The notes under the pieces are model-generated. The model made no database searches. It was not told the origin of the DNA and saw nothing but the letters and a program-made list of their open reading frames with translations. A DNA stretch of 63,686 nucleotides, the filler included, from Lenisia limosa (lineage: Eukaryota; Protista; Breviatea), in NCBI GenBank assembly GCA_001655205.1. It is 11 parts of 11 records of this genome, joined end to end, with 100 filler letters (N's around TTAATTAATTAA, not from the genome) between each part and the next. Parts side by side here need not be neighbours in the genome. Positions count along the whole stretch, not along the records: positions 28,861 to 31,796 come from LPNZ01007655.1; positions 31,897 to 46,398 come from LPNZ01010849.1; 9 more parts are not named here. One strand, 5' to 3'. Positions 28,911-42,000 of this stretch are shown here, piece by piece. The stretch's first letter is position 1; the number at the start of each line of letters is the position of its first letter. A program made the translations under genes and the position numbers.

Positions 28911-31664
28911 CCCGCAAACTTGCAAGACGTCGAGAGCCATCCAGGGGTCTACTAGGTCCTTAAAGAAGGGCATTGCTGCGAGGGGGGGGGAAGTTAAATT
29001 GGAAAATTTATGAAACAAAAAAAAAGCCCAAATCAACTCCGTTGGCTAATAACACACGAGGGTTGAGAGAGGAGGAATTATGTGGAGTAGAGCTGGTTTG
29101 ATAAAGAGTTTTTTTTAAAACAGCGTTTAAAACAAGACTGGATTTCCCAATTCTAGATAAATATCGATATACAACGGTCTAGTAGCGGAGCCTTAGGTAG
29201 AATTAATATTATACTATAATCCAATGTCTCTCATAAGCATGGTGTGGACGGTTTCGGTCAGATACACCTTATATTTCTCATTGCAATATAAATCCAGTTG
29301 TTCGTTTCTGTCCCACAGNNNNNNNNNNNNNNNNNNNNNNNNNNNNNNNNNNNNNNNNNNNNNNNNNNNNNNNNNNNNNNNNNNNNNNNNNNNNNNNNNN
29401 NNNNNNNNNNNNNNNNNNNNNNNNNNNNNNNNNNNNNNNNNNNNNNNNNNNNNNNNNNNNNNNNNNNNNNNNNNNNNNNNNNNNNNNNNNNNNNNNNNNN
29501 NNNNNNNNNNGACCGTAACGGTTATAACGGTTAAGTTTACACACAAAATGCCGCCATCCTCACCTGCAATACTACTAGGCACTTGTCCAAGTCGCAGGCA
29601 TGTGTGACTGGTCTGAAAACATAAAATCAAAGCAGGCTGTATTTCATAATTGTGGATGAGGGAAGAAGGTATAATATTAATAATGGGCAACGCACACCAC
29701 CCCCACTCTTCTATATTATCCACTATTTCAGCGTCAGTAATAAACAGTACTTAACATTACTCAGAAATCACCCCCCCCCCCCCNNNNNNNNNNNNNNNNN
29801 NNNNNNNNNNNNNNNNNNNNNNNNNNNNNNNNNNNNNNNNNNNNNNNNNNNNNNNNNNNNNNNNNNNNNNNNNNNNNNNNNNNNNNNNNNNNNNNNNNNN
29901 NNNNNNNNNNNNNNNNNNNNNNNNNNNNNNNNNNNNNNNNNNNNNNNNNNNNNNNNNNNNNNNNNNNNNNNNNNNNNNNNNNNNNNNNNNNNTGTACTCC
30001 TAGGGGGGGGGTATCAATGAAGATTATTGGCATAAATGTGGTAAAGACATTGGGGGCACTGCGAATCATGACACTTTGTCAGTGTTACCTCCCACTTCCA
30101 ACAATAACCACCATTTCTTCAATAAGTTACTCTTGGATACTTTTCAGTAAAACAATGATCCCCTACCCGGGCAATTTGCAGCCAATAAGTCCTCAGCAGA
30201 GGGCCACTCGTGAGGCACTCCATCAACAAAGCATGAAATTCGAGTTTCAATCTAAAGTATTAAAAGGGAGTAAATAGGACAAGGAATATCGCAAAATCAA
30301 GTTATTAAGGGGGTGAAAGCGATCATCACGTAGCCAAATATAAACTCCGTTTTACCACAGGTAAGGTCTCAATGTAACCTCTTTACTATTGATATGATGC
30401 ATCATAATTTATAGAACCGAAGAAACCACTAGTTGAAGGTCACAATAAAACATTATTCGAGATCACTAAAACGTCCCACAATTATAACCGTTATAGTAAC
30501 ATATTTAAGGTCTCACTGTAACCGTCTCACCACATTCGAGGAAACTGGACACTGAATAATGCAGTCGTTTGCAGAGGAGCAGCGGATACTGAAGTTACTC
30601 GAGATTGGCNNNNNNNNNNNNNNNNNNNNNNNNNNNNNNNNNNNNNNNNNNNNNNNNNNNNNNNNNNNNNNNNNNNNNNNNNNNNNNNNNNNNNNNNNNN
30701 NNNNNNNNNNNNNNNNNNNNNNNNNNCTCTGCTTGCTAGTAAGCCCAGAATCAACAAAACAGATTATCTTATCTTACCTTCGCAGATATCAAGATGGTTG
30801 ATAGTTATGGCCTCGGGTATGCCTTGAGCATTCACGCAAGATAAGACAGGCATTTCGGGTACCTGAGGGGGGTAAAACTGAAACAGTACATCTTCCAAAT
30901 TCCTTCCACTTCCGTCTCATAAATGATATGATATCATTTACCGTGTTTTTTTTGTGTCTGAGAGGTAGGTGATATCCTATCCTCCCCACACACACACAAG
31001 CTTTCATATCAGTAGCACCCCCATAACTAACATCAACCTCTTTCCTTCACTACTCACCGAAGCCGTATAAAGACGATTGCAGACAGTGGTGCAGTTGAGG
31101 GAGTTGTTGTCACAGCTCACGGAAATGGAGGGAGTTGACGGTACATTGAGGCATTTCGCTGCAGAGTAAAAGGTATTTCATTTACTATTATGATAGCCAG
31201 GTAGTATATAATTATTACATTCACAAAATATTTCACATAACGCAGTAGAGTGTTTAACAGTGTATTATTCATGGGAAAGAGGGACCAAAATTAACAACAC
31301 ACGTGGGAAACCCATACGTGAAAAGAATAACCCTCGATGATACTCAAAAATATATTACAACTTAAGAGAGAGAAAATGGAGTTAATCTGATTTAAACATA
31401 AAATTTGTATCAATCTTCTTTGATATAATACGCTTTGTATATAGTACATACTATTAGAAAATAGAATCCTCAGAATAGTAATTTTTATCAAGGAATATGA
31501 AGAAACGAGAATAAAGCACGGCAATATCTACCCGAAGCCGTCCACACTGTCACGTTTATTTTTGTTTAACCCCCCCCCCTCCCACCTTTGCAATTACGGG
31601 TGAATAGCTCTTCAGGACTTGGCCACACACGAGTCTCATTGTTCGCAAAACAACTTTCAGGTAT
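28911..31664 (-). CDS. Hypothetical Cys-containing protein fragments with a repeated WPSxExL motif
   Basis: Exons IPESCFANNETRVWPSPEELFT, KCLNVPSTPSISVSCDNNSLNCTTVCN, VPEMPVLSCVNAQGIPEAITINHLDICE, VPHEWPSAEDLLAANCP, MPFFKDLVDPWMALDVLQVCG, with good acceptors. Confidence 0.45.
28976..29066 (-). mobile_element. Family A cassette ending at the splice acceptor
   Basis: Minus strand: AACCCTCGTGTGTTATTAGCCAACGGAGTTGATTTGGGCTTTTTTT...TTCCAATTTAACTTCCCCCCCCTCGCAG, then exon. Confidence 0.8.
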
Positions 31665-31790
31665 CTGGGAAGGGTAATTAAATGGACAATGTAGGAAACA
31701 AAAAAACAGAAAGAAGTCTGTTGGCTAGCATTCGGCTACATAGGGTTTTATAAAAATAACTCGCTTCTGTAGCACCGCATCCAATCACAG
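31665..31790 (-). mobile_element. Family A cassette (degenerate) ending at the splice acceptor
   Basis: Minus strand: GTGATTGGATGCGGTGCTACAGAAGCGAG...CTAGCCAACAGAC...TTACCCTTCCCAG. Confidence 0.7.
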
Positions 31791-31899
31791 CGTAGTNNNN
31801 NNNNNNNNNNNNNNNNNNNNNNNNNNNNNNNNNNNNNNNNTTAATTAATTAANNNNNNNNNNNNNNNNNNNNNNNNNNNNNNNNNNNNNNNNNNNNTAG

Positions 31900-33359
31900 C
31901 TGCACCTGCGCCAGTCGTACTGAACCTCTTTGCTCAACCAACTATTGCCCCTCAGGTATGCGGGCTTTGTTTTTGTTTTATAAATTTTCCTATTTCACTC
32001 CTGGGCAAGCTTTTTTAAAAGTAATGGTTTCAATAGAGTGTTTGCTGCAAAAAAGTGTAAAATTGTATCCCATACCGAAATCGGAAGGGTTTTTTTTTTG
32101 TTTTTTTTTCGTTTCACAAGTGCCCAATTTCACCTGCNNNNNNNNNNNNNNNNNNNNNNNNNNNNNNNNNNNNNNNNNNNNNNNNNNNNNNNNNNNNNNN
32201 NNNNNNNNNNNNNNNNNNNNNNNNNNNNNNNNNNNNNNNNNNNNNNNNNNNNNNNNNNNNNNNNNNNNNNNNNGACGCCGTTGCCCTCAGCCATGAGTCA
32301 TGCACTGACCTTCCTAAACAGGTATGTGGGCTTGAGGACCTTCCTAAATAGGTAAGTTTACATTTACATTCTCCTTTGTTTCATAAATATAAATATTCCA
32401 CCTCACCGCTGGAGTGATGGGATGTGCTTCAGAAGCGACTGGTCTGGGTTTTGCTTGTTCTGTTGTTTTCAACCCGTGCATGTTTTCCAAATCTAGCCAA
32501 CAGAAATGATTTTATTATTATTATTTCATAAGTTTCCATTTACCCCCCCCCCCAGGTTTCCCAAATGAACGTTCGGCTGCTTGCCAGCGGGAAGTTTGGT
32601 GACAGAGTCAAGTACTACTTCTTTGCACAGGATGATGTGGGGGGGGAGGGATGATTGCAATCATGATCAATTAACTTCTAATGATATTTAGTGGGCTTTT
32701 TTTTATCTTTGTNNNNNNNNNNNNNNNNNNNNNNNNNNNNNNNNNNNCCGCCGTATCGACTATCTTTATGATCCTAGTTTCAATAGAGACGTTATCTCTT
32801 TGATACTAGTTTAAATAGAGACTTGATCTTTATCAAGACTTTATCTTTATGATCTTATTCTCAATAGAGACTTCACTGCATACACTTATCACGGTCACTG
32901 ACATTTCAGTCTGGGCACTACCTCATGGAGGTTCTGGCGCACGCAGCCAGCCAAACTGCCGGCGTGACTCTGAAGGTGAGCGCAGGGGGTGGGGGTAATA
33001 TATATCATATGATATTATTATTCAGACATATGCTGGGGAGACATATTATCTGTGTAGGGGGATATACAATGACTGTGGTATGTCTTGACGGATTTCCAAT
33101 ATGATTTCCAATGGAAAATCGGTAAAATTTATCCGATCACTGCAGTACATATGGGGGTGTGTGGGGGGGGGGGGGGNNNNNNNNNNNNNNNNNNNNNNNN
33201 NNNNNNNNNNNNNNNNNNNNNNNNNNNNNNNNNNNNNNNNNNNNNNNNNNNNNNNNNNNNNNNNNNNNNNNNNNNNNNNNNNNNNNNNNNNNNNNNNNNN
33301 NNNNNNNNNNNNNNNNNNNNNNNNNNNNNNNNNNNNNNNNNGAAACTGTGTCGCTGTAA
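31900..33359 (+). CDS. Beta-adaptin C-terminal appendage, most similar to AP-4 beta; 5' part missing
   Basis: Exons LNLFAQPTIAPQ / DAVALSHESCTDLPKQ / VSQMNVRLLASGKFGDRVKYYFFAQDD / SGHYLMEVLAHAASQTAGVTLK / ...ETVSL*. AQDD-SG-x-x-L-x-E recalls the AP-4 beta ear motif AQDDTGCLFLTE. Confidence 0.55.
32414..32555 (+). mobile_element. Family A cassette, near full length, ending at the splice acceptor
   Basis: GTGATGGGATGTGCTTCAGAAGCGACTGGTCTGGG...TTTCATAAGTTTCCATTTACCCCCCCCCCCAG|GTTTCC. Confidence 0.85.
32760..32880. repeat. Intronic minisatellite, ~30-nt unit x4
   Basis: TTATCTTTATGATCCTAGTTTCAATAGAGAC variants; a lone copy at ~52095. Confidence 0.7.
33067..33142. mobile_element. Tc1/mariner-like MITE (family E), diverged copy
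   Basis: TA-CAATGACTGTGGTATGTCTTGACGGATT...AATCGGTAAAATTTATCCGATCACTG, homologous to 59668-59743. Confidence 0.6.
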
Positions 33360-33859
33360 ACCCCAGAATAATATATTTATTAACTTCTTGAAAATGGTTG
33401 AACAATCTTTTGAGCATGGACTCAAATAGGAAAGTTGTCTCGGGTTCCGAAGCAGGCTGTTCAGTTTTGAGCATCATATTGAAAGTGATTCACGCCGCTT
33501 TTGCTCTTTTACTCTTTTCTCAAAATCGAAGATTCGAAGAGTCATTATCAAATTCAAAATAGAACATATACAGTGATATAGATATCCTAAACTTTTGAAA
33601 CTTCAAGTTGAAACAAAAAACAAAGCCCAAACTCTGTTAGCAAGTAACACATGAGAGATGAGGGTTACGATCAAAAAACAAACGAGGCCCAGATCAGTCG
33701 TCTCTTGCACTAATTTCAAAGAAACGCAGATTATATCCTTTATTAATACAGATATCAAATGGTAATGAAGACAAGATTGTGAGGCATAGATGAATGAAGG
33801 TGATTAGTCGACTTCAAAGCTGGCATTACCTACCAAAACATAATTCCTCCTCACCAACC

Positions 33860-35080
33860 TCACCCAGACCCCCTCGACCAAGACAAAAGATCAATGAGTT
33901 GCTAAATACTAAATAGTCATGTTCAAAAGATAGTGATAGATTTGACTATGGGAACATAAACAATATTTCCTCCAGATAATAATACCGGCATTTCTGGGAG
34001 ATATGTATGTTTGATTTTGATGACAGACATGATCACGATTCGATTTCAGGAACAGTACCGAAGTAAACCTCCCACAGCTTGTGAGCTTGGTTGGCAAACT
34101 TTGAACCGATAAAGCAGGTATGTCACCAAGAAATCTGGCTCGGATTTTGTCAACTTTCACGCAATTTTCACCAAATTTTTCAAAAATTCATTAATGATAC
34201 TCTCTAGAACTATTTTAATATTCTTTTCAACGAAATTACAAAATTGAAATATACACAAAATTTCAACGATTTTGGTTTTGATGACGTGGCTTTCTCAGTG
34301 ACAAAAAAACGTGCTCTGCTAATGATTGGTTTACATTCACAGCTGCTTGGTTGGTAATTGTTGTGTAATATTTTAGGTATTAAAGCAGGCCGCTACTAAA
34401 CCAGATTCATTACATAATCTTAACTAAGCCCCATTTTGGTCAAAAATAGTCAAAAGCGCTACCCCAAATCCATGGAATGCCCATTACCTGGTGTCGGTGT
34501 AACATTGTAACAATTGGCAGGTAATATGAAGGTTTCTCCATGATGAAATAGAGCGAATTCTTTAGCAGTAAGACACAGAAATCGACTGGAAGGACTTACC
34601 AAAAGGGAAATCTGGATTGAATGAGGCGGCAAAATGCCACAGCGATCTGTGCCCAGGAGGGTAGAGAAGTTCTGGATTCCATATTTTCCCGGAAATTCGG
34701 CCTATTGCTACAACAACACTTTGAACCTTTGAACACACCCAGCCAGACCAAAGATCAACGAGTTGTAATGAATGAGTGTTGCATCAATTAGCAGTCAATT
34801 AGTGATTGATATTTTAGTGGATTTGGTTATGTGGATATGGGAGAATGAACACAATTACATAACAATATTTTCCTCCAAAAATAGTCACGGACTGTTTTAT
34901 TTTGACATGACATGACATCCATGACATGACATTATGATATCATGATCAAAAGACATTCATTGATCATTTCACTGATCCGTAAGCGCAACTAACAATCGAT
35001 TTCAGCGACAGTTCCAAAGTAAATACCCCAGTAAAAAAAACACTGCTTTTGAGTTTGTCGTTGGCAAACTTTTTACCCGA
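33860..35080 (-). CDS. Possible hypothetical gene with duplicated exons
   Basis: Homologous minus-strand exon pairs KFANQAHKLWEVYFGTVPEIE (~34030-34105) and KFANDKLK...WGIYFGTVAEID (~34995-35070), plus ELLYPPGHRSLWHFAASFNPDFPF and EFALFHHGETFILPANCYNVTPTP. Confidence 0.3.
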
Positions 35081-36039
35081 AATGATTTAATGACTGGCTA
35101 ACATTCACAAGTTCAATAATAGCATGGTGCTTGGTGTTTGGTGTTTGATATAGAGTCCTCTTGAACGGTGGTCAGTGAGGTATATAATCAACCATATTTG
35201 TATCTCACCCATTGCTATCTACTATATTGTCAAATAGGAGATTAAAAATTGTTCTGTTTGCAAATTCAACCTATAAGTACAACTGAAAAATAATTTCAAT
35301 ATATCAAATGAAATGATGTCTTAATCCCAGCCGGCACCCAAAATGTTATAGTGCATAGGAATACTTGTTCGGACAATAACATCAATTCCCAAGTTTATTG
35401 ATACTTTTTGTGGTTAAGAGCGATTTTGATAATAAGGTGCGTAGTATAACTGCCTGATATGTAGGGGGTGAGGTGTGATACGCCGCATCGACTTGGGATT
35501 GTTTTTGGAGATCCCATCGCCAAGTCAAGAAACAGTTTTATCGTACTCTCTCACCTAGCTGATGCAAATGTCGATAATTGACCCCAAAATAACGATTTTG
35601 GGTCAAGGCACCAAGTTGACCTCTCAGAAACATCGGCTCCTGTTCTCCCTGGCGATCCTTAACTCTCAGTAATATGTTCCCTTCTAGCCATGGTTTACAT
35701 TTGACTTTCTCATTTCCCAGACCATTTGATTGGTACCGTTCTCCAGACTTCTGAGAGAATGATTGTGACTGCCTCGCAAAACCCCGTCACTCTCACTTAC
35801 TGAACTGCAAGATTGGTTGTTTTCTGTCACATTTTGAATACATCCGGGATAGGACTTACGAAAAGACAGTCATATGAAGACGCATTTGTTTCCCTTAGGT
35901 TTCTAATGTATAAAAATAAAACAGCCCAGAGAAAAAAGAAAGTCAAAAAAAAAAAAAACAAAAACAAAAAAAGCAAGTCTTCCCCATCAAATAGTTAGAG
36001 AATACATTAGTGTCAAAAAACAAACTAGACCATACCCGT

Positions 36040-39000
36040 CTAAATAGCAGAGGACGAAGGTTCAACAACCTGCACAGTGAGAAAGTAAGTTAACAAAAAA
36101 AATAAAAAAATAACAGAAACAAGATGTCATAGTGAAATAAAAAGAGGGCGCATACCCCCACTACCCCCACCGTCTCAGTCTCAGTTGTCTCTTCCACAGT
36201 GGTTTCCAGGGTAGTTGACAAGGCTGGTGAAGTCTTAGCCTCCTTCAGTTCAATGGGGGCAATTTGGTCACGAGAGGGCGACTTCTGTGGGGAGTAAAAA
36301 AGTAGTATTTAGGAAACAAACAAGCCAAAAATGGGGGGGGGGGGTACAAAGANNNNNNNNNNNNNNNNNNNNNNNNNNNNNNNNNNNNNNNNNNNNNNNN
36401 NNNNNNNNAGAGGGTTGTGTAAAAATGGATTAAGTATTAAACAAAGCCAGAAATCCATTTCTGAGGGGGGTGAAAAGAAACTGTGAAGGGGGTGATAAAA
36501 CAATAGGAAGGTTTCAATTTCAGTAACAAAACGAAGACTTGCAGATAAGAAAAGAGTTGGCAATGAATAGGAGTTTCATAAAGAAGCAAATTATCAGAAA
36601 TTTGGTTATTTAAGCACTGTGTTTAACGATCTCGAGATCTCAGTCAAGTCATACCTTGGAAGAAGACAAATCGCTCTGGCGAAGAGCAACAAACGCTCCT
36701 GCCGCGGCGCCTCCAATGACAACAAATCCGATAAGGACAAACACGATAGTCGAGCTACTATCATCGTCGGCTTCAACATCAATCGGCACGGCGGCGCTGG
36801 ATTCTTCTTGCTGCTCAACCTCGTCAGGAATCACGCCTGCAACAGCAAAGGTAGAAAGGTGACAGACATGTGTCACGAGAACGTTATTACGAACTTCCTC
36901 ATAAGGCAAGTTGCAGGTGGTTTTGGCGGCAATTGGCTTGGAGCCGGAAACGAGAAGAAGGCTCGGAGTGTATCCGGCAGAAATCGTGCCGTCGGGAATG
37001 ACGGTTGTGAAAACGAGGGCGGAACTGAGAGAAGTCGAGCCGACCGCGGAGCCAGCAAGATATGGGCTGACCGAAAACTGGAGAACAGGGGCAGCAGCGG
37101 TGTAGCCTTCGACATTATAGGACGCGGGGTGGGCTTCCACCGCGAATTCCAGGTCGGAAATTGCGGTGCCGAGCCCAACAGGTACGTCGAGAGCCAAGGA
37201 AAGACTGCCCGTCACGGAGGGAAGAAGGGTGATGTTCGGGGTACCAAGGGTGACATCGATGCCGAAGGAAGAGGCGGCGACAGTCAGACAGCCCGGGCCG
37301 TGAGGAAGGAATCCCGCACCACATTGTCCGCAGAGCTCCGGTGAAGACGATGAGCACGTGACACATTTTCTCATGGTATTAGGGAGTGCGGTGGCGAGAC
37401 AGGCGTTGGGCGTGTCGAGAGAGCAAACGGAAGGTCCGGTGGCGGGTTCGGTGCACGTGTATCCCGCTTGAACCACGCAATTCACGCACATGGCGCTAGA
37501 AGTGGCGACGTCACATTCTTCATACTCGTCAATCACGCCATTTCCACACGTGGTTACGCAAGATTCAGTTCCATCACCACAGCTGAGACTGTACATTGAA
37601 ATGCGAGCCGGTTCAGCCAATGTCACCGTGCAGGTCCACCCGTCAGTGCTGACTCCCGAGGTGGTCCATCCTGGGGGGGGGGGGTAAAATTGGAAATGCA
37701 NNNNNNNNNNNNNNNNNNNNNNNNNNNNNNNNNNNNNNNNNNNNNNNNNNNNNNNNNNNNNNNNNNNNNNNNNNNNNNNNNNNNNNNNNNNNNNNNNNNN
37801 NACTTTGTTGACAACACACGGGGGTTGAAAAAAATAAAACAAACAAAGCCATGGCCAATCGCTTCTGCAGCGCCACATCCCATCACTCAGGAAGAAGGAA
37901 GGGGTAAAATGGAAAATATATTAAAAATGCCCTTATGGATGGGGGTAGGGGTGATGTAATTATTGATATCGATATAACTAAAAAAATCCCAGTTTTTGTT
38001 TTTAGAATCGAAAAAATTATTTTGTTTCATATCGTGTAAGGGCATCGTATGAGACTGAACAAAAGCTTACCAGAAGAAGAAAGGACAACGCAAGTCGGTT
38101 CGCAGTACTCACAGCTGCTGACATTCACAGAAACAGGGGTAAAGGTAACGGCAATTTCGGCCATGAAGGGGCTAGTCGAGGCTGAAACGGCTGAAATATC
38201 AACTGAGCCGATAGGAAGGGGCGTCGCAGCGACTGGCGGAACAAAGTTGAGTTCGGCCGCCGAGAGACGGGCCGGAAAGACCATCACGTGCATGTCAAAG
38301 GTTGATTCGAAAGTAGTGCCGGCGGAGACCGCCGAGACGGAGACATGATCAGAGATCGCAGTTGTAGGGAGTCCGGAAGTGGTGGCGACGCGTGTGGCGT
38401 ACACGGTCTGCGCGTCTTCGACGGCAGAGTAAGTCTGACCTTGAAGTTTGAGGGTGTTGGTGGTGATGTCGTTAAGGATCGCTCGAAGGACTTCAATAAT
38501 GTTCTCGGGGTCGTTAACGGTGTCGCGGCGAAGAGACGGCTTACTAAGAGTTTTAACTGCCATTTGGAGGGACGCTGCAAGGGCCTCATTTCTGTCAACG
38601 GAAGTTGTACTGTCTTGACGAAGGACGGTAAGGGCCTTCTGAAGAAGCGTGAGAAGCTGAGAAACATCGGCGTTGAAGGTGTCGATCTTGAGAGCGAGTT
38701 TGGTGATCAGATCGATAGAAGTGGTGGATCCAGCAATGTCAGCAATGTTGGTGAGAGTGTCGGTTAGCTCGGAAGCGAGGGAACTGGACATCCGACGAGT
38801 AGATGTCAGATCAGATGTGATCACGGTGGAGACAAGAGAAACAGTAAGGTCGGGGCTTCCGGTATCGACTAAGTTCTTCTTAGCAACCGCAAGAGCGTCA
38901 AAAGCGGAAGACTCACTCACTCCTTCGAGAGGGGATGTGACGGTGAGCTGTTTGGTTGCGAAAGCCGTAGCACCCATGCTGTCGCGCACAACCACAGCGA

Positions 39001-42000
39001 CGGTCACGCTAGTTTTCCCATCAGCGGGCTTGGGAACAGAAACAGTGACTTGTTTCTTAAGAGACACGGGGCTCAAAATGACGGGGTTCGCGAGATCCAT
39101 GATCATCCACTGGTATGTTAGGACACCGCCTTGACGATCCTCCCAGTTGAACGTGGTGAGAGTTACAACGCCGGTCATAGCCTCAACCGAGTCAGTTGAC
39201 ATATGAATGTCACCAGCGTAGGGCGCAGAGTTGACGTCAAATTTAGTTACTGCGGAAGCGGCTAAGCCAACAGGATCAGTAACACGGCAGGAAACAGAAA
39301 TAACTTGTCCGGCGGTGAAGGTTGATGACGAAAGGGTCAGAAGAGGCGCACGGACATCGGAGGTCAGCTCAGAAAGATCTACGTCTTCGGAAGTCCAATG
39401 GAACGCGAGAAGAGCGTCAGGGTAGTCTGATTTCACGCTGGCTCTGAAGGAGATTTCATCGTTGGCGTTGACAACTGTCGCGGTTTGCTCAATGGAGATT
39501 TCAGGCACATCGCCCTGCTTAGGGATGACAAGCTGAGAGTCGCTGTCAGCAAGACTGTTGGTCGCATCAGTGACCTTGACCGTGAAGGCGTAGGCGCCAA
39601 GAGCAAGGCTGGCACTGGGGATGTCGAACATTTCCTCATTAGGCATGGTAAGAGGGGATCCGAGACGATCGGTGCAAGGCAACATTGTGAGAAGAGAAAG
39701 GCAAGACCACGAGAATGTCAGTTCACCGTCGCCCATAGCGGAGCCGGAAGCGTCCATTGTAATTGCCGAGCTTTGACGAGGGCTTCTTTGACTTCCACCG
39801 GCAATATCAGCCACGGGGGCAAGAGGCTTGCGGTCAAATACCATTTGCTGGGTTACGGAGAGTTCGGCCATTGATGCCATTGTGACAGTTAGGGTCACAG
39901 TTCCTTGCCCCAGAGGGCCAATAGCAGATGTGTCGATAGTGGTCGCGTATTGGTCAGAGGGGCCAGTAATCAGGCCTTCGGGACTAGCGGACCAGCTATA
40001 AACGATGCGACGCATATCTTCGGGAAGGCATTCGGAGGCAATAACAGAAGCCGTCAGTGGAACAATGGTATTAGGCAAGAAAGCGCCAGAATCAGGAGAC
40101 ACGGTGACTTGAGGAACGTTGTGATCCGCGACCGTAACAGAGTGAGACGCCATCGCCGTTTTACCAAATAAATTGGTGACAGTAGCAGTGAAGATGTAGG
40201 TGGTTCCAGGGAGTAGAGCGTCGGAGGGAAGAGTCAACACGCCGTCGTCGGTCGTGACGGCCTTGGTGAAGACAAGAGCATCGTCAACGGTGAACGTGAA
40301 TACAGCAGGACGGCCACCCATTCCGCCAGCAGAAGCCCAAAGCTCAATACCGGTATTACAGACCGGGAGATTGGAGGGCCCGAGAATGGAAACTTCCGGG
40401 GAGAACACCGTGGAGGGAGGAAGGAGGGTAACAGTACCCGTGGAGAAGCTTTCCTCGGGGCAAGTATAGAACACATTGTCAAGGATGGTGATGGGAGAAG
40501 AGACAACAAAAGTAGCACCCGGGCCGGGGTAGACGCGGAAGCTATCGGAACCGCTAAGAACGTAAGCACCGGAGCCGAGCAGAGCCACGGTGGCAGCGTC
40601 GAACACAGCCTTGGCTTCGGCAAACACAAAGTCCACAGACACGGCACGGCTGAACTGGAGCTCAATGGTCATGTCGGTATCTATAGCGGCGGAGGTGAGT
40701 ACGCCACCGTNNNNNNNNNNNNNNNNNNNNNNNNNNNNNNNNNNNNNNNNNNNNNNNNNNNNNNNNACATCAACAAGGATGTCGGCAGAGGTTTGCGCGC
40801 CCGCCAGTCCAGCGTTGCGTGCGTCAAGGTCGACAAGACTGACTTCAACGGTTACGGAGCCGGAGGCAACGGCGTCGTCGTGGGGCGCAAGGTGAAGCTT
40901 CGACAAGGCGCACTCAATGTGGCTCTTCGAGCCGGAAATGATCGCAATGATCTGGGAAACCATGACGATACCTGCAGGGCACTCAGCTGGCTCAAGGGTG
41001 AGCACAGCTGATGTGCCAACCTGAGCAATGAGATTGTAAGACCCAGTTTCGTCACTATCGGTAATGGTGATGCCACCAAGGAAGGCTCCGCCGTTGGCGT
41101 TAACCTGAGGCGCTTCTGTGGGGAAGGACACTTCAAAAGCGTCCGGGGTGGGATTGATGCCAACGTTGGTCATGGCAACGTCTTCGAGTCCCGCGACCGT
41201 CAGGCTAACCTCCAATCTGAATGAGTCAGTGCTGTGCGTGTCCGGCTGGATGGTGATACCGAAGGCAAGAACGCCTTGAATGACATCATAATTGTCGACG
41301 ATTTTGACGTTGCTAGCCCAGGGTTGGCCCGCGGCTGACACATGCCCGTTGCCGGTGACAGAAACGACAAGGGTGGCAACGGATTCGACCGGAATTGGCC
41401 TATCAGACGTAATTGTGGGGAAGAACTGGTGGGTGGTGTCCTCATCAATGGTCACGGATGACGGGAGAACAATAGACATTTCAGTGGGCTGTTCACCCCA
41501 GGTTCCGGTAATGACGGCCGAGGAGGCAGAGGGTGGAGAGTTGCTATCTGCTCTGAGAACAGGGCAGTCCAGTGAAGGGCGGCAGGTGGTGAGACTGAGG
41601 AGGGGCGATGGCTGACTAGTGATTTGCGTGACAGTGAGAACGTTTGTGACGGTGTTGGTCCATTTCGAGGTAAATGTCACGGCGTCAAGGTTCACTGAAC
41701 AAACCAGTTCGAAACAAGCTGGAGTATTGGTGGAGATGTCGAAAGAGACGGTAATGAGATCTCCAACAGAGAACACTCGGTCGAGGTTATCTGGGTCGGA
41801 TGCCACTAGAGATTTGATAGACGGTGCAGTCTTCTTGGTTGAAACCGATTTACTCGAAGCGGTGGAGGTGCCAATTGTGGAAGATGCAGAGACGGAAAAG
41901 GTAAGGATGGTATCAGCGCTGATGCCTCTGAAAGTGGCAGTGGTTTCCGGGGTGAAGTAGTATTCGGCGTAGGTTGAGTCAGAAGAAACAAGACTGACAG

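Noticed and set aside
25917-33359. Apparent membrane-trafficking cluster (HPS5/TECPR2-like next to AP-4-beta-like)
   Set aside because: Two artificial linkers and an unrelated gene lie between them, so adjacency is unsupported.
37671-37890. Family A as the inner intron of a stwintron splitting the acceptor (GA|GTGATG...AG|G)
   Set aside because: Two-step splicing would remove one more base; that frame hits a stop in the FN3/REJ gene, and other hosts' next exons do not start with G.
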